From positions 224,001-288,000 of the forward strand of contig JBCCHT010000005.1 in assembly GCA_039028615.1 (NCBI GenBank): DNA of 64,000 nucleotides. The letters run 5' to 3'. Shown piece by piece: positions 18,683-27,371 of the stretch (position 1 is its first letter; each line of letters begins with the position of its first letter). Source of the stretch: Myxococcota bacterium (lineage in GTDB: Bacteria > Myxococcota_A > Polyangia > Nannocystales > Nannocystaceae). Below the pieces are notes generated by a model that worked only from the letters and a program-made list of their open reading frames with translations, did not search any database and was not told the origin of the DNA. Made by a program: the position numbers and the translations under genes.

Positions 18683-19201
18683 ATGCGTCACCGTTTTCGC
18701 TCGTTGCTTCTCTTCCTGTTTGCCTTCGGCCTGCTCTCGCCGGTTGCGGCGTGCAAGGACACGCCGACGATTCCCGGTACCGAGATTCCGGACACCGAAG
18801 ACAACCGGGACATCCTGCGCGTCCTCGAGCGCTACCGGACTTCGTTGGTGCGTCGTGATGCGGCGGGCGTGCTCGCGACGGCGCACCCCACCTACTACGA
18901 CTCGGCCGGCACCGACGACCCGACCGACGACATCGAGTACAGCGAGCTGGGGCCGATCCTCCGCGAGCGTCTCACCGAGCTCGCCGCGATTCGCTTCACC
19001 ATCGACTACCTCGAGATCAACGTCGTGCAGGAGCGAGCGATCGTGAAGGTGTGGATCGACGCCAGCTTCCAGCTCCAGCCCATCACCGACGAAGAGACGG
19101 GCGAGGTCCGGGTCGAGGGTCGACACACCCGCAAGCAGGACCACGCCATGTTCGAGCTGGTGCGCGACCAGGGAGCCTGGCGCATCACCAAGGGCCTGTA
19201 G
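18683..19201 (+). CDS. Lipoprotein, NTF2/SnoaL-like fold
   Basis: Lipobox VAAC; helix followed by beta meander ending FELVRDQGAWRI. Confidence 0.7.
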   Translation: MRHRFRSLLLFLFAFGLLSPVAACKDTPTIPGTEIPDTEDNRDILRVLERYRTSLVRRDAAGVLATAHPTYYDSAGTDDPTDDIEYSELGPILRERLTELAAIRFTIDYLEINVVQERAIVKVWIDASFQLQPITDEETGEVRVEGRHTRKQDHAMFELVRDQGAWRITKGL

Positions 19202-19237
19202 GGCCCGGTCGTTCGAGCCGCAGCCCGGGAGTTCATC

Positions 19238-20179
19238 GTGCCAGGGCTGCTCGACATCATTCTCGGCTACGACTGCAACCTGGCGTGTGACTACTGCACG
19301 ATCACGCCGCCGATGCGGGCGCGCGCGCTGTCGCGGGGGCAGGTGCTCCGTGCCCTGCACGCGGGGCAAGCCGACGACTACGATGCCCTGTCGATCACGG
19401 GGGGCGAGCCCACGATTCGTCGCGACCTGCTCGGCCTCATCCGGGGGGCCAAGGCGATGGGCTTCGATCAGATCAAGCTCCAGAGCAACGGCCTGCTCTA
19501 CGCGGCGCCCGGCAACGCCAAGCGGATCCAAGACGCGGGCGTCACCCAGTTCAACATCTCCATCCACACGCATCGCGCCGATCGCTACGACGCGCTCGTG
19601 CGACGCCAGGGCACCTATGCCTCCATGGTGGCCGGCCTCGATGCCGTGGCCGCGCTCGACGTCAGCCTGATCGTCGACCTCATCATGAAGCGCGACACCT
19701 ACGAGGACCTCCCCGACGCGGTGCGCTGGCTGTGCGACCGGGGGGTGACCCAGGCCGACCTGTGGTTCGTGTCGCTGACGGACGCCAACGCCGAGCACCC
19801 CGAGTCGATGCCGCGGATGACGGAGGTGGTGCCGTCGATGGCCGAGGCCTTCGAGATCGCCCGCAGCCGAGGCATGCGCCTGCGGTCGCTGCACGTCCCT
19901 CGCTGCTTGCTGGGGCAGGACCACGGCCACGCGCACGATCCCGGGGCGGCGCGGGTTCGGGTGGTCACCCCGGAGGCGAGCTTCGAGCTCAAGCACAGTC
20001 GACTGACCGGACAGTTGTTGGTGCCCTCGTGCAGCGGATGCGAGTACGAGAGCTTCTGCCCCGGGATCCGACACGACTACCTCGATCGCTACGGCGACGG
20101 GGAGTTTGCGGCGGCGCGAGGCAAGTCGCCCACCACCTTCGGCACCGTGGGGCGGTCGTTGCCCGTCGTCGCCGACTGA
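19238..20179 (+). CDS. Radical SAM protein with C-terminal Cys cluster (HxsC-like)
   Basis: CNLACDYC; TGGEPT; QSNG; C-terminal CSGCEYESFCPG auxiliary-cluster motif. Confidence 0.8.
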   Translation: MPGLLDIILGYDCNLACDYCTITPPMRARALSRGQVLRALHAGQADDYDALSITGGEPTIRRDLLGLIRGAKAMGFDQIKLQSNGLLYAAPGNAKRIQDAGVTQFNISIHTHRADRYDALVRRQGTYASMVAGLDAVAALDVSLIVDLIMKRDTYEDLPDAVRWLCDRGVTQADLWFVSLTDANAEHPESMPRMTEVVPSMAEAFEIARSRGMRLRSLHVPRCLLGQDHGHAHDPGAARVRVVTPEASFELKHSRLTGQLLVPSCSGCEYESFCPGIRHDYLDRYGDGEFAAARGKSPTTFGTVGRSLPVVAD

Positions 20180-20696
20180 CGGGATCTCGGTTGGGATGCA
20201 CGCGGCCGGGTGCGGCTGCGTCGGTTCAATGACGCCGCGGAGAGAGGGGCCCGATTCGTGCCCTGTCACTATAGGATGTGGCCTGTCGTGGTCCGCCAGT
20301 GTCGCTTCGGGGATGCGGCGTCGCGTCGAGCGGAAGAAAATCTCGACGAGTTTTCGGTCGAGACGACGAACCCGAAGCGCGCGAAGGGCCCGAGTCGAAG
20401 TCGGTGAATTCGGCCTTCTATGGCACACTAGGCGCCGTTTCGGGCGATCCGCTCGAAGGCGAAAAACCAATGGATAACATCGTTCGTGATTTTGCGCACG
20501 GATAAAAAGAGACCTTCTCGCGACGAGTTTCTCTTCTTCCACCACTAGTTGGTTGTCGAGGGTGCCGTGATGCAAGCGGCCCCGCATTCATCAAACGCGA
20601 GCGGTCGGCCCCCCGACGTCCGCTCTGGTCAGAACGCTGGGTCGGGAGGCACGGGAGACGTGCGTCCGCGGCCCGGTTGGAGGGGGACAGGTCTCG

Positions 20697-21782
20697 ATGG
20701 ACACCAGCGGAATCACCCACAACTACCAGGCCGGCGTCTTGTGGATGGCGGTCGACCAATCCCCGTTCAACGGCGATCTCATCGCGGTTCTCGTCGATGT
20801 CGCTCAGCGGGTGACCGCAGGCCAGGCGGTGCTGCACAGCCTCGATGCCACGCGGTCCAAGCTCGTGTGGACGGGCCCCATGGGCGCCCTCGAGCTGCTC
20901 CAAGATCAGCTGCGACGCGGCGTGCGTGTGTCGGCGTTGAACGGAAGGGTGCCCGCGATGCAGCTCGAGCGCATGCCGGTCCGCGGCATCGTCAGCGCGT
21001 CGTCGCAGCCGCTGGTGCTGCTGGTCGACGGTGACGAAGCGCGGGCCAAGGCCGACGCGGAGGTCCTCGGCCGCGCCGAGATGAACGTGTGCATCGCCAG
21101 CGGCGGTCGGGCGGCTCAGACCATCATGCAGACGACGGTGCCCTTCGATGCGATCGTGATGCGTCACCGCCTCAACGACATCGACGCCCAGATGGTGCTC
21201 GACACGGTGCCCATCGACAAGCGCGTCTGCAGCACCCTGGTCATCGACGAGCGCTTCGATGCCAGCCGCAGCCTGGGCTACCGCGCGCTCGGGGCCCATC
21301 GCTATGTCCCGCAGCCCACGGGGCCGCTGCAGCTCATCGGTCGGGTCAACGCGACCATCGTCGACTCCCAGGCGTGGCGCGAGACGGAGCCGGGCACGGG
21401 GACCACGGCGCCGCCCCGCCTGCACCTCGATCCGGCCCATGCCGCCGATCGCCTCAAGCACGTCTTCACCCTCTCCTCCACGGAGCGCGAGGTCGCCTAC
21501 TGGGTGCTGATGGGCCTGCGTGATCTCGACATCGCCGATCGTCTCCGCAAGTCGGAGCGCACCGCCAAGCGCCACGTGGGTCGCGTGCTCGAGAAGGCCG
21601 GCATCCAGAACCGGGCGAGCCTGTGGGCGGTGCTCCACCACGACGGGCGCGGCGAGTCTCCTCAGCGCGCGCGTGAGGTCGAGGTCGTGCCGACCTTCGA
21701 CCCCGCTCCGCCGGCCCCGGTGGTCATGCCCTCCATGAGCCACCGAGTCGAGCCCTCGGGCACCGTCTCCCCCCCGCCGTAG
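20697..21782 (+). CDS. LuxR-family regulator with degenerate receiver domain
   Basis: VLLVDGD receiver-like strand; LSSTEREVA...G....IADRL..SERTAKRHV.RVLEK HTH. Confidence 0.8.
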   Translation: MDTSGITHNYQAGVLWMAVDQSPFNGDLIAVLVDVAQRVTAGQAVLHSLDATRSKLVWTGPMGALELLQDQLRRGVRVSALNGRVPAMQLERMPVRGIVSASSQPLVLLVDGDEARAKADAEVLGRAEMNVCIASGGRAAQTIMQTTVPFDAIVMRHRLNDIDAQMVLDTVPIDKRVCSTLVIDERFDASRSLGYRALGAHRYVPQPTGPLQLIGRVNATIVDSQAWRETEPGTGTTAPPRLHLDPAHAADRLKHVFTLSSTEREVAYWVLMGLRDLDIADRLRKSERTAKRHVGRVLEKAGIQNRASLWAVLHHDGRGESPQRAREVEVVPTFDPAPPAPVVMPSMSHRVEPSGTVSPPP

Positions 21783-22076
21783 CCCGAGGATGGGTCCCGA
21801 GGGTCGACGACCGACTCGTCATTGCGTCGTCGTCGGCCCGCTCGGCCGGGCACGACGCTCGGTCGGCTCCCGATGCGTCGATAGGGCGCCGGGCTATTGG
21901 TCGCCCGAGATGCCCCGACCTCTGCCGTTGGTCTGAACTTCATCGATACACCCTCGAGCCACGCCCCGCTGCCGCAGGATCGGTATTTGGGTAGCTGGCG
22001 TGGCGGCAGCGCTCCGTCGTCGATCGGGCCGACATGCGGCCCGAGACGGTTGCGCCCGCGAGCCCTCGCTCGCGCA

Positions 22077-22122
22077 CGCCCGCACGACGCTCTCCGTGAG
22101 CCCGTCGTGTGGGCGATTTTTT
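22077..22122 (+). terminator. Intrinsic terminator
   Basis: CGCCCGCACGACG...CGTCGTGTGGGCG followed by ATTTTTT; one G-U pair on the + strand. Confidence 0.7.
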
Positions 22123-22130
22123 GTCGGCCC

Positions 22131-23630
22131 TCAGGGTTCGCTGGTCGGCGCGGGCTGGATGAAGTGGTCCCGCGGGCGAACGGTGGTCCACCGTTCGAAG
22201 GTGTCCAGCACCTGCGGATCCCCCTCGGCCAGCTTGCCGAACAGATAGTCCTGGATGCCCTTGTGCACGGCACAGACCGCGTTGTCGCGCATGCGCCCGA
22301 AGATGGTGCCCTGGGTCTTGTAGTTGAAGGCGGCATTCGTGCCGCAGTAGGGCTGGTAGGTGCAGTGCACGCAGTCGGGCTGGGTGTCGAGGTTGGTCGC
22401 GATCGCCAGCGCCCGCACGGTGGGATGACCGACCAGGTCGCGGTAGGCGGACTCGTGCACGTTGCCGATCTGGAAGCTGCGGTCGCCCGAGGCGGCGAGC
22501 ATCCGGCCCTCGTCACAGGTGTAGACGTTGCCGTCGTAGTCGTAGGCCAAGGCGCCGATGCCCGCCCCGGCCGGGCTACGGAGATCGAGGTAGTTGGGGT
22601 CGTGGCCGCCGAGGATCTTGGTGAGGAAGATGGCGGCGTAGCGCTCGAGGATCTCGACGCCCTGGGCGTTGAGTTCGAGCATGTAGTCGACCGCGTTGCG
22701 GTAGTACTCGAGGTACTCGGCGCGCGGATACTCGAGGCGTCGGCGCGTGCGCTCGGCGAAACCGAAGGGATCGATGGGCCGCAAAAAGAGGCTGCGGCAG
22801 CCGAGCTTCACGTAGCAGTCGACCACTTCCTTCCACTGCGGGAGCGTGGCCCGGGTGGTCGTGAGCAGGGCCTCGACGTGATAGAGGGTGGGGTCGAGGC
22901 CGAGCTCCGCGTAGCGCTCGTTGATGCGGCGGATCCAGTGCACCGTGCGTTGGTGTGCGTCCCCGGTGGGTAGCTTGCGCTGGGCGTTGTGCAGGGCCTC
23001 GGGGCCATCGACGCTGGTGCACAGCTGCACCCGGTGCTCGAGCAGCCAGTCGAGCTTTTCTTCGTCGAGCAGGCCGAAGTTGGAGACCATGGTGAACTCG
23101 AGCTGCTTGCCGATCTCGGCGTTGCGCTCGGTGGCGTAGTTCACGATGTGCTGGACGACCTCGTAGTTGACCAGGGGCTCGCCGCCCTGGAACTCGATGG
23201 TGACGAAGGGGCTGGTGCTGCGCAGCACGAGGTCGACGGCGCGCTCGGCCGTCCCCTTGGTCATGTCGGTATGCACCGCGTCCATGTTGGCCCGCGAGGC
23301 GTGGCAGTAGGCGCAGGTCTCGTTGCAGCGCAGGGTCACCACGAACATGTGGAGGTTGGGGCCTCCGTGCACGAACGAGGAGCGGGCGCGCAGGCGCTCG
23401 GCGGCGGTGGAGACCTCGTAGCCTTCGCGCAAGAAGCCATCGTCGCGCAGGCGGGTGTGGAGGTCGGAGCCGGCCTCCACCTGGCCGCGCGCGTAGGCGG
23501 TGAACTCCTGCGCTTCGAGCAGCAGCCAGCGTCCCTCGCGATTGGTGATGAGGACCTTGTCGCCGACCTCCCGGAACGAAAACTGAGCCTGGGTGCCCGC
23601 GACGGGCTGTAGCTCGGCCATCGAGATCAT
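22131..23630 (-). CDS. hxsB: His-Xaa-Ser system radical SAM/SPASM maturase HxsB
   Basis: GPNLHMFVVTLRCNETCAYC, IEFQGGEP, LRSPAGAGIG, YTCDEGRM, CVHCTYQPYCG; coupled to hxsD by an ATGA overlap. Confidence 0.85.
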   Translation of the reverse strand: MISMAELQPVAGTQAQFSFREVGDKVLITNREGRWLLLEAQEFTAYARGQVEAGSDLHTRLRDDGFLREGYEVSTAAERLRARSSFVHGGPNLHMFVVTLRCNETCAYCHASRANMDAVHTDMTKGTAERAVDLVLRSTSPFVTIEFQGGEPLVNYEVVQHIVNYATERNAEIGKQLEFTMVSNFGLLDEEKLDWLLEHRVQLCTSVDGPEALHNAQRKLPTGDAHQRTVHWIRRINERYAELGLDPTLYHVEALLTTTRATLPQWKEVVDCYVKLGCRSLFLRPIDPFGFAERTRRRLEYPRAEYLEYYRNAVDYMLELNAQGVEILERYAAIFLTKILGGHDPNYLDLRSPAGAGIGALAYDYDGNVYTCDEGRMLAASGDRSFQIGNVHESAYRDLVGHPTVRALAIATNLDTQPDCVHCTYQPYCGTNAAFNYKTQGTIFGRMRDNAVCAVHKGIQDYLFGKLAEGDPQVLDTFERWTTVRPRDHFIQPAPTSEP

Positions 23631-24121
23631 GGCGTGCCCTCGGGCTCGGGGGCGTCCGGCGATTGGGGGGCCTTCTTCTTGTGCTTTTCTTCCCAGCTTT
23701 GGGCGATGCCGAGCGGATCGTCGAGGGCGGTGTCGGTGAAGTCGAAGTCGGCCAGGTCCTCGAGGCTGGGCGGGCCCATCGCGCCCGCCATCGCTTGCAT
23801 GGTCACTGTCTCTACGATGGCCTGATTGTCCTGGGTGAGCCGGTGGCGGAAGGCTCCGGCTAGCACTTCGTTGGCCAGCTCGCCCACCAGGTCGTGCAGG
23901 GCCTGGGCGGTGGTCTCGGGCTGCTTGCTCCACAGGGTGACCCGCACTCGGCCCTCCGCGGGACGGTCGAGCAAGACATAGGCTCGATCGATGAAGGCGT
24001 AGGTCGCCGCGTAGATGGCCGGCAGGGGGTAGAGAGTGGCGTCGAGCTGAACGATGGCCGAGCCTTCGTGGAGATCGACTTCCAGCAGTCCTTGGGGTAC
24101 CTCGGGCAGCGTCGTGCTCAT
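23627..24121 (-). CDS. hxsD: His-Xaa-Ser system protein HxsD
   Basis: LYPLPAIYAATYAFIDRAYV, GELANEVL, DDPLGIAQSWEEK; directly upstream of hxsB. Confidence 0.75.
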   Translation of the reverse strand: MSTTLPEVPQGLLEVDLHEGSAIVQLDATLYPLPAIYAATYAFIDRAYVLLDRPAEGRVRVTLWSKQPETTAQALHDLVGELANEVLAGAFRHRLTQDNQAIVETVTMQAMAGAMGPPSLEDLADFDFTDTALDDPLGIAQSWEEKHKKKAPQSPDAPEPEGTP

Positions 24122-24266
24122 GGTGCGCGCCGGATCAGGCTAACAGCTCGGGGAACGCGGTAAAAGCAAGCGTTGGGCGCGATCGATGGCCGCCGCAATC
24201 GCAACGACCCGGGTCACGCAGGCGTGATCCCGGGTCGGGCGAGCGTGGGGCGTTGCGATGAACGCC

Positions 24267-25286
24267 TCAGTTGAACATGCATAGGTCGGCGAAGCAGGTC
24301 ATGCCCGCCGGGCACGTGGCTCCGCCCGCGCAGCTGAGGATGCACTCGTTGTCGCCCTCGCCGGTCACGTCGATGCACGACACGGTGGCGGTGCCGCCCC
24401 CGGGGCCCGCCGGGCAGTCGCCGACGACGGTGCAGGGCTCGGTGCATACGGAGACGGTGGGGGCGGCCGGGTCGTCGCTCAGACACACCCCATCGATGCC
24501 GCAGATCGCTCCGCCGTTGTTCTGGCAGTCGCCGTACGGGGTGCCGGCGGCGCCTTCGCCTTCCCAGATGCACGCCAGCGCGCCGAAGCAGGTCATGCCC
24601 GCGGGGCAGCTGCCGCCGGCCGAGCAGTCGAGGTAGCAGAAGTTGGTGCCGTCTCCGGTGATCGCGTCGCAGGTGACGGTGGCGGTGCCGCCCGGTGAGG
24701 CGGGGCAGTCGCAGGCGTCGACGCAGGGGCTCTGCGAGCAGACGCCGGCGATGACCGGGTCGCCGCCCGTGATGCAGGTCGCCGTGCCGCCGCCGCAACC
24801 GGAGGTGTCGACCACGTTGCCGGCACCGAGGCAGGAGTCGTAGTTGCCGGGCACGTCGTTGCAGGCACCCGCGGTGGGATCGACGGGGGTGCACACGCCA
24901 TCGATGCAATCTTCGTCCGCGCCACAGGCGGGGTCACAGCCGCCGGGATCATCGGTCGTGGCCGTGGGGTCGGTGGGGTCGGTCGGATCCGTGGGATCGG
25001 TCGTCGCCGTGGGGTCCGTGGGATCGGTGGGGTCGGTCGGATCGGTGGTCGCAGGGGGATCGCCGGTCACATCGGCGGAGCCGCCCATCGTCCCCACGCC
25101 ATCGGTCATGACCGGGTCGCCGGTCTCGTCCTCCGAACTGGTGGCACCCGGTGTCGAGTCCTGCGGCGGGGCCGAGGTGAAGCCGGTGAAGCCGTTGTCC
25201 TGAACGCCGGTGGTGCAGGCGGACGTAGCGACCGCGAACGCGGTCAGGAGGAGCCAAGACGATCCAAGCGAGGGCTGCGCGGGCAT
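24267..25286 (-). CDS. Cys-rich lipoprotein with Thr-Asp-Pro linker and duplicated Cys domain
   Basis: Lipobox TSAC; (TDP)n repeats; two copies of C...DCP..PGG.ATV.C...N.C.L.C..G..CPAGMTCF. Confidence 0.8.
   Translation of the reverse strand: MPAQPSLGSSWLLLTAFAVATSACTTGVQDNGFTGFTSAPPQDSTPGATSSEDETGDPVMTDGVGTMGGSADVTGDPPATTDPTDPTDPTDPTATTDPTDPTDPTDPTATTDDPGGCDPACGADEDCIDGVCTPVDPTAGACNDVPGNYDSCLGAGNVVDTSGCGGGTATCITGGDPVIAGVCSQSPCVDACDCPASPGGTATVTCDAITGDGTNFCYLDCSAGGSCPAGMTCFGALACIWEGEGAAGTPYGDCQNNGGAICGIDGVCLSDDPAAPTVSVCTEPCTVVGDCPAGPGGGTATVSCIDVTGEGDNECILSCAGGATCPAGMTCFADLCMFN
24951..25052. repeat. 9-bp-unit coding tandem repeat (TDP/TAT)
   Basis: Degenerate GGGGTCGGT/GGATCGGT units encoding TDPTDPTDPTAT. 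Confidence 0.8.
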
Positions 25287-25423
25287 GATACGTGGCCTAC
25301 GATAGGCCACCGGGACCCGCAGAATCTACATGAATCGCCGATAAACCGGGGTCTAGCGTCTGACGCGCGGACACACGGTTGCGCTTCTGGTCGGGTGACG
25401 ATGGGTGGACCTATGCTCGCCGC

Positions 25424-27163
25424 GTGGATCGCCAGCGCCCCCGCAGCACGTCCAACGCCATCGACCTGTATATCCGGACCTACTACTCGCTGCTTCGAAG
25501 CTCGGGTGAGGTGCGCGTGCGTGCGTTCGAAGAGGCGCATGCATACAGCAACTCCAGCCTGCATACGGGCGCCCTGGAGGCAACGCCCGACGTCGCGGCC
25601 TTCGCCTACAGCGCGGCGCGCTTGCCCGGCTGCATGACGGGGGTGCGGCGGTTGATCGCGGGGCAGTCGGTCGAGCAGTTCGAGCGCGCCGGGCATGCGG
25701 TGCGGGACTGGACGTCGGTGCTCACCCGCGGGCGACGGCGTCCGCATCGCTGGGATGAAGGGGAAACCCTTGCGGTGTTCGTGACGAGTGCCTCGGACAT
25801 CGACGATCTCGTACCCATCGTTACGGCCTATCAGATCGAGTGGAACAAGATGCATGCGCGGCTCGCCCGGAGCGCGCTGGGGCAATCGCTCGCGGAGGGC
25901 ACGGCGATCGACGAGGCGACCATCGACGACGAACTCGGCCAGACGCTGGGGCTGGAGCCGGCCGACGTCGACTCGCTGCGCAAGGCACTCGGACCCGAGC
26001 TGCAGGAAGGCTTGGCCGCGATTGCGGCGGGTCGGAGGGATCTGCGGCTCAAGCTGTTGGCGGGCACGCTGCTCGAGTACCGACGCGCGACGCGACGGTG
26101 GTGGCATGGCATCGAAGGCGCCTACCAAGCGCCGTCGTCCGAGCCTCGGCCCGTGTACTTCGTGTCCTCCAATACCCATGCGTTCTGCAACCTGGTGGGG
26201 GGCTACGCGCGGGCGCACCTCGACCGGATCTTCGCGTTCGCGCGCGAGGTGGACTTCGAGGAACTCACCTCGCGCATCGACCAGGCCGAAGCCGACGGGG
26301 ACCAGGTCGAGGTGTTCAACCTGGCCTACTACCTGCTGCGCCAGTACATCGCGGCCGAGCCCGGGCAATCGCAGCGCCGCATGGAGGAGGTGCAGGCCTT
26401 CGACCGGGAGTGCGGCATCTCGACGCTGAGCTCACCCGGGCACCTCGACGTCAACGCGCAGCTGTTCAGCCTTCGCGATCTTCGGCCCGACCGGCTCGAT
26501 CCTCGGGTGCACGTCGACGGGATCGAGGCCTTGGCCCAAAGCGACGCGGTCATCATCAACATCGACTATCCGCTGGGCATGGCGGCGTATCACCACCTGA
26601 CCCAGCTCGCCGAAGGGGTGGGGGAGATTCGCGGGGTCTACGTCGTGGGCAAGGCGGCGACGCTCAACGGCAAGGTCGGCGACGTCATGCTCTCCACGGC
26701 TGCCTTTGACGAGCACTCGGAGAACACCTACCTGTTCCGCAACTGCTTCGACGCCGCCGACGTGGCTCGCTACGTGCGGCACGGGACGGTGCTCGACAAC
26801 CAAAAGGCGTTGACCGTTCGCGGCTCGTTCCTGCAAAACCGCGAGACGATGAACGTGTTTTATCGCGAGGGCTACACGGTGATGGAGATGGAGGCGGGAC
26901 CGTACCTGTCCGCGATCTACGAGATGGTCCACCCGACGCGGCACCCCACCGACGAGATCGTGCACCTGAGCAACCTGCTGCCCTTCGAGTTCGGCTTGCT
27001 CCATTACGCTTCGGACACGCCGTACTCGCGACGGCAGAGCTTGCTGTCCAAGAGCCTCAGCTACTTCGGGATGGAGGCGACCTACGGCTGCGCCATGGCG
27101 ACGCTGCGGCGCATCCTGCAGCGCGAAGTGGAGCACGTGCGCGGCGGGTCGACGAGCAAGTAG
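25424..27163 (+). CDS. Conserved protein (DUF6909-like) with C-terminal nucleoside phosphorylase/nucleosidase-like fold
   Basis: NIDYPLGMAAY, VGKAATLNGKVGDV, EMEAGPY, YASDTP; strong codon bias. Confidence 0.65.
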   Translation: MDRQRPRSTSNAIDLYIRTYYSLLRSSGEVRVRAFEEAHAYSNSSLHTGALEATPDVAAFAYSAARLPGCMTGVRRLIAGQSVEQFERAGHAVRDWTSVLTRGRRRPHRWDEGETLAVFVTSASDIDDLVPIVTAYQIEWNKMHARLARSALGQSLAEGTAIDEATIDDELGQTLGLEPADVDSLRKALGPELQEGLAAIAAGRRDLRLKLLAGTLLEYRRATRRWWHGIEGAYQAPSSEPRPVYFVSSNTHAFCNLVGGYARAHLDRIFAFAREVDFEELTSRIDQAEADGDQVEVFNLAYYLLRQYIAAEPGQSQRRMEEVQAFDRECGISTLSSPGHLDVNAQLFSLRDLRPDRLDPRVHVDGIEALAQSDAVIINIDYPLGMAAYHHLTQLAEGVGEIRGVYVVGKAATLNGKVGDVMLSTAAFDEHSENTYLFRNCFDAADVARYVRHGTVLDNQKALTVRGSFLQNRETMNVFYREGYTVMEMEAGPYLSAIYEMVHPTRHPTDEIVHLSNLLPFEFGLLHYASDTPYSRRQSLLSKSLSYFGMEATYGCAMATLRRILQREVEHVRGGSTSK

Positions 27164-27371
27164 CGCTGCGCCTCGCGTTTCGGCGCGGTCGCGCCGGTTT
27201 GGCCCCGACGCCCACGTTCACGGCGTTTTCCGGGGGACCTCCGTGCCCCGACGGGCGGTGGGGGGCTCGGTCGCCTTGCATCGGGCGACCGTGACTGCGA
27301 AAACAAAAACCTCAGTGGCTGCGGCCGTCCCGAGTTTGTTGTCGGGCGTGGTGCGGCCAGGAGACTTAGCC

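Noticed and set aside
20180..20696. HxsA-like precursor or other small ORF in the long gap
   Set aside because: No His-x-Ser repeats; candidate ORFs lack an RBS and codon bias. More likely the luxR regulatory region.
24199..24260. Inverted repeat CGACCCGGG-TCACGC..GCGTGA-T-CCCGGGTCG upstream of hxsD
   Set aside because: A single GC-rich hairpin with no U-tract or second copy; cannot be assigned a function.
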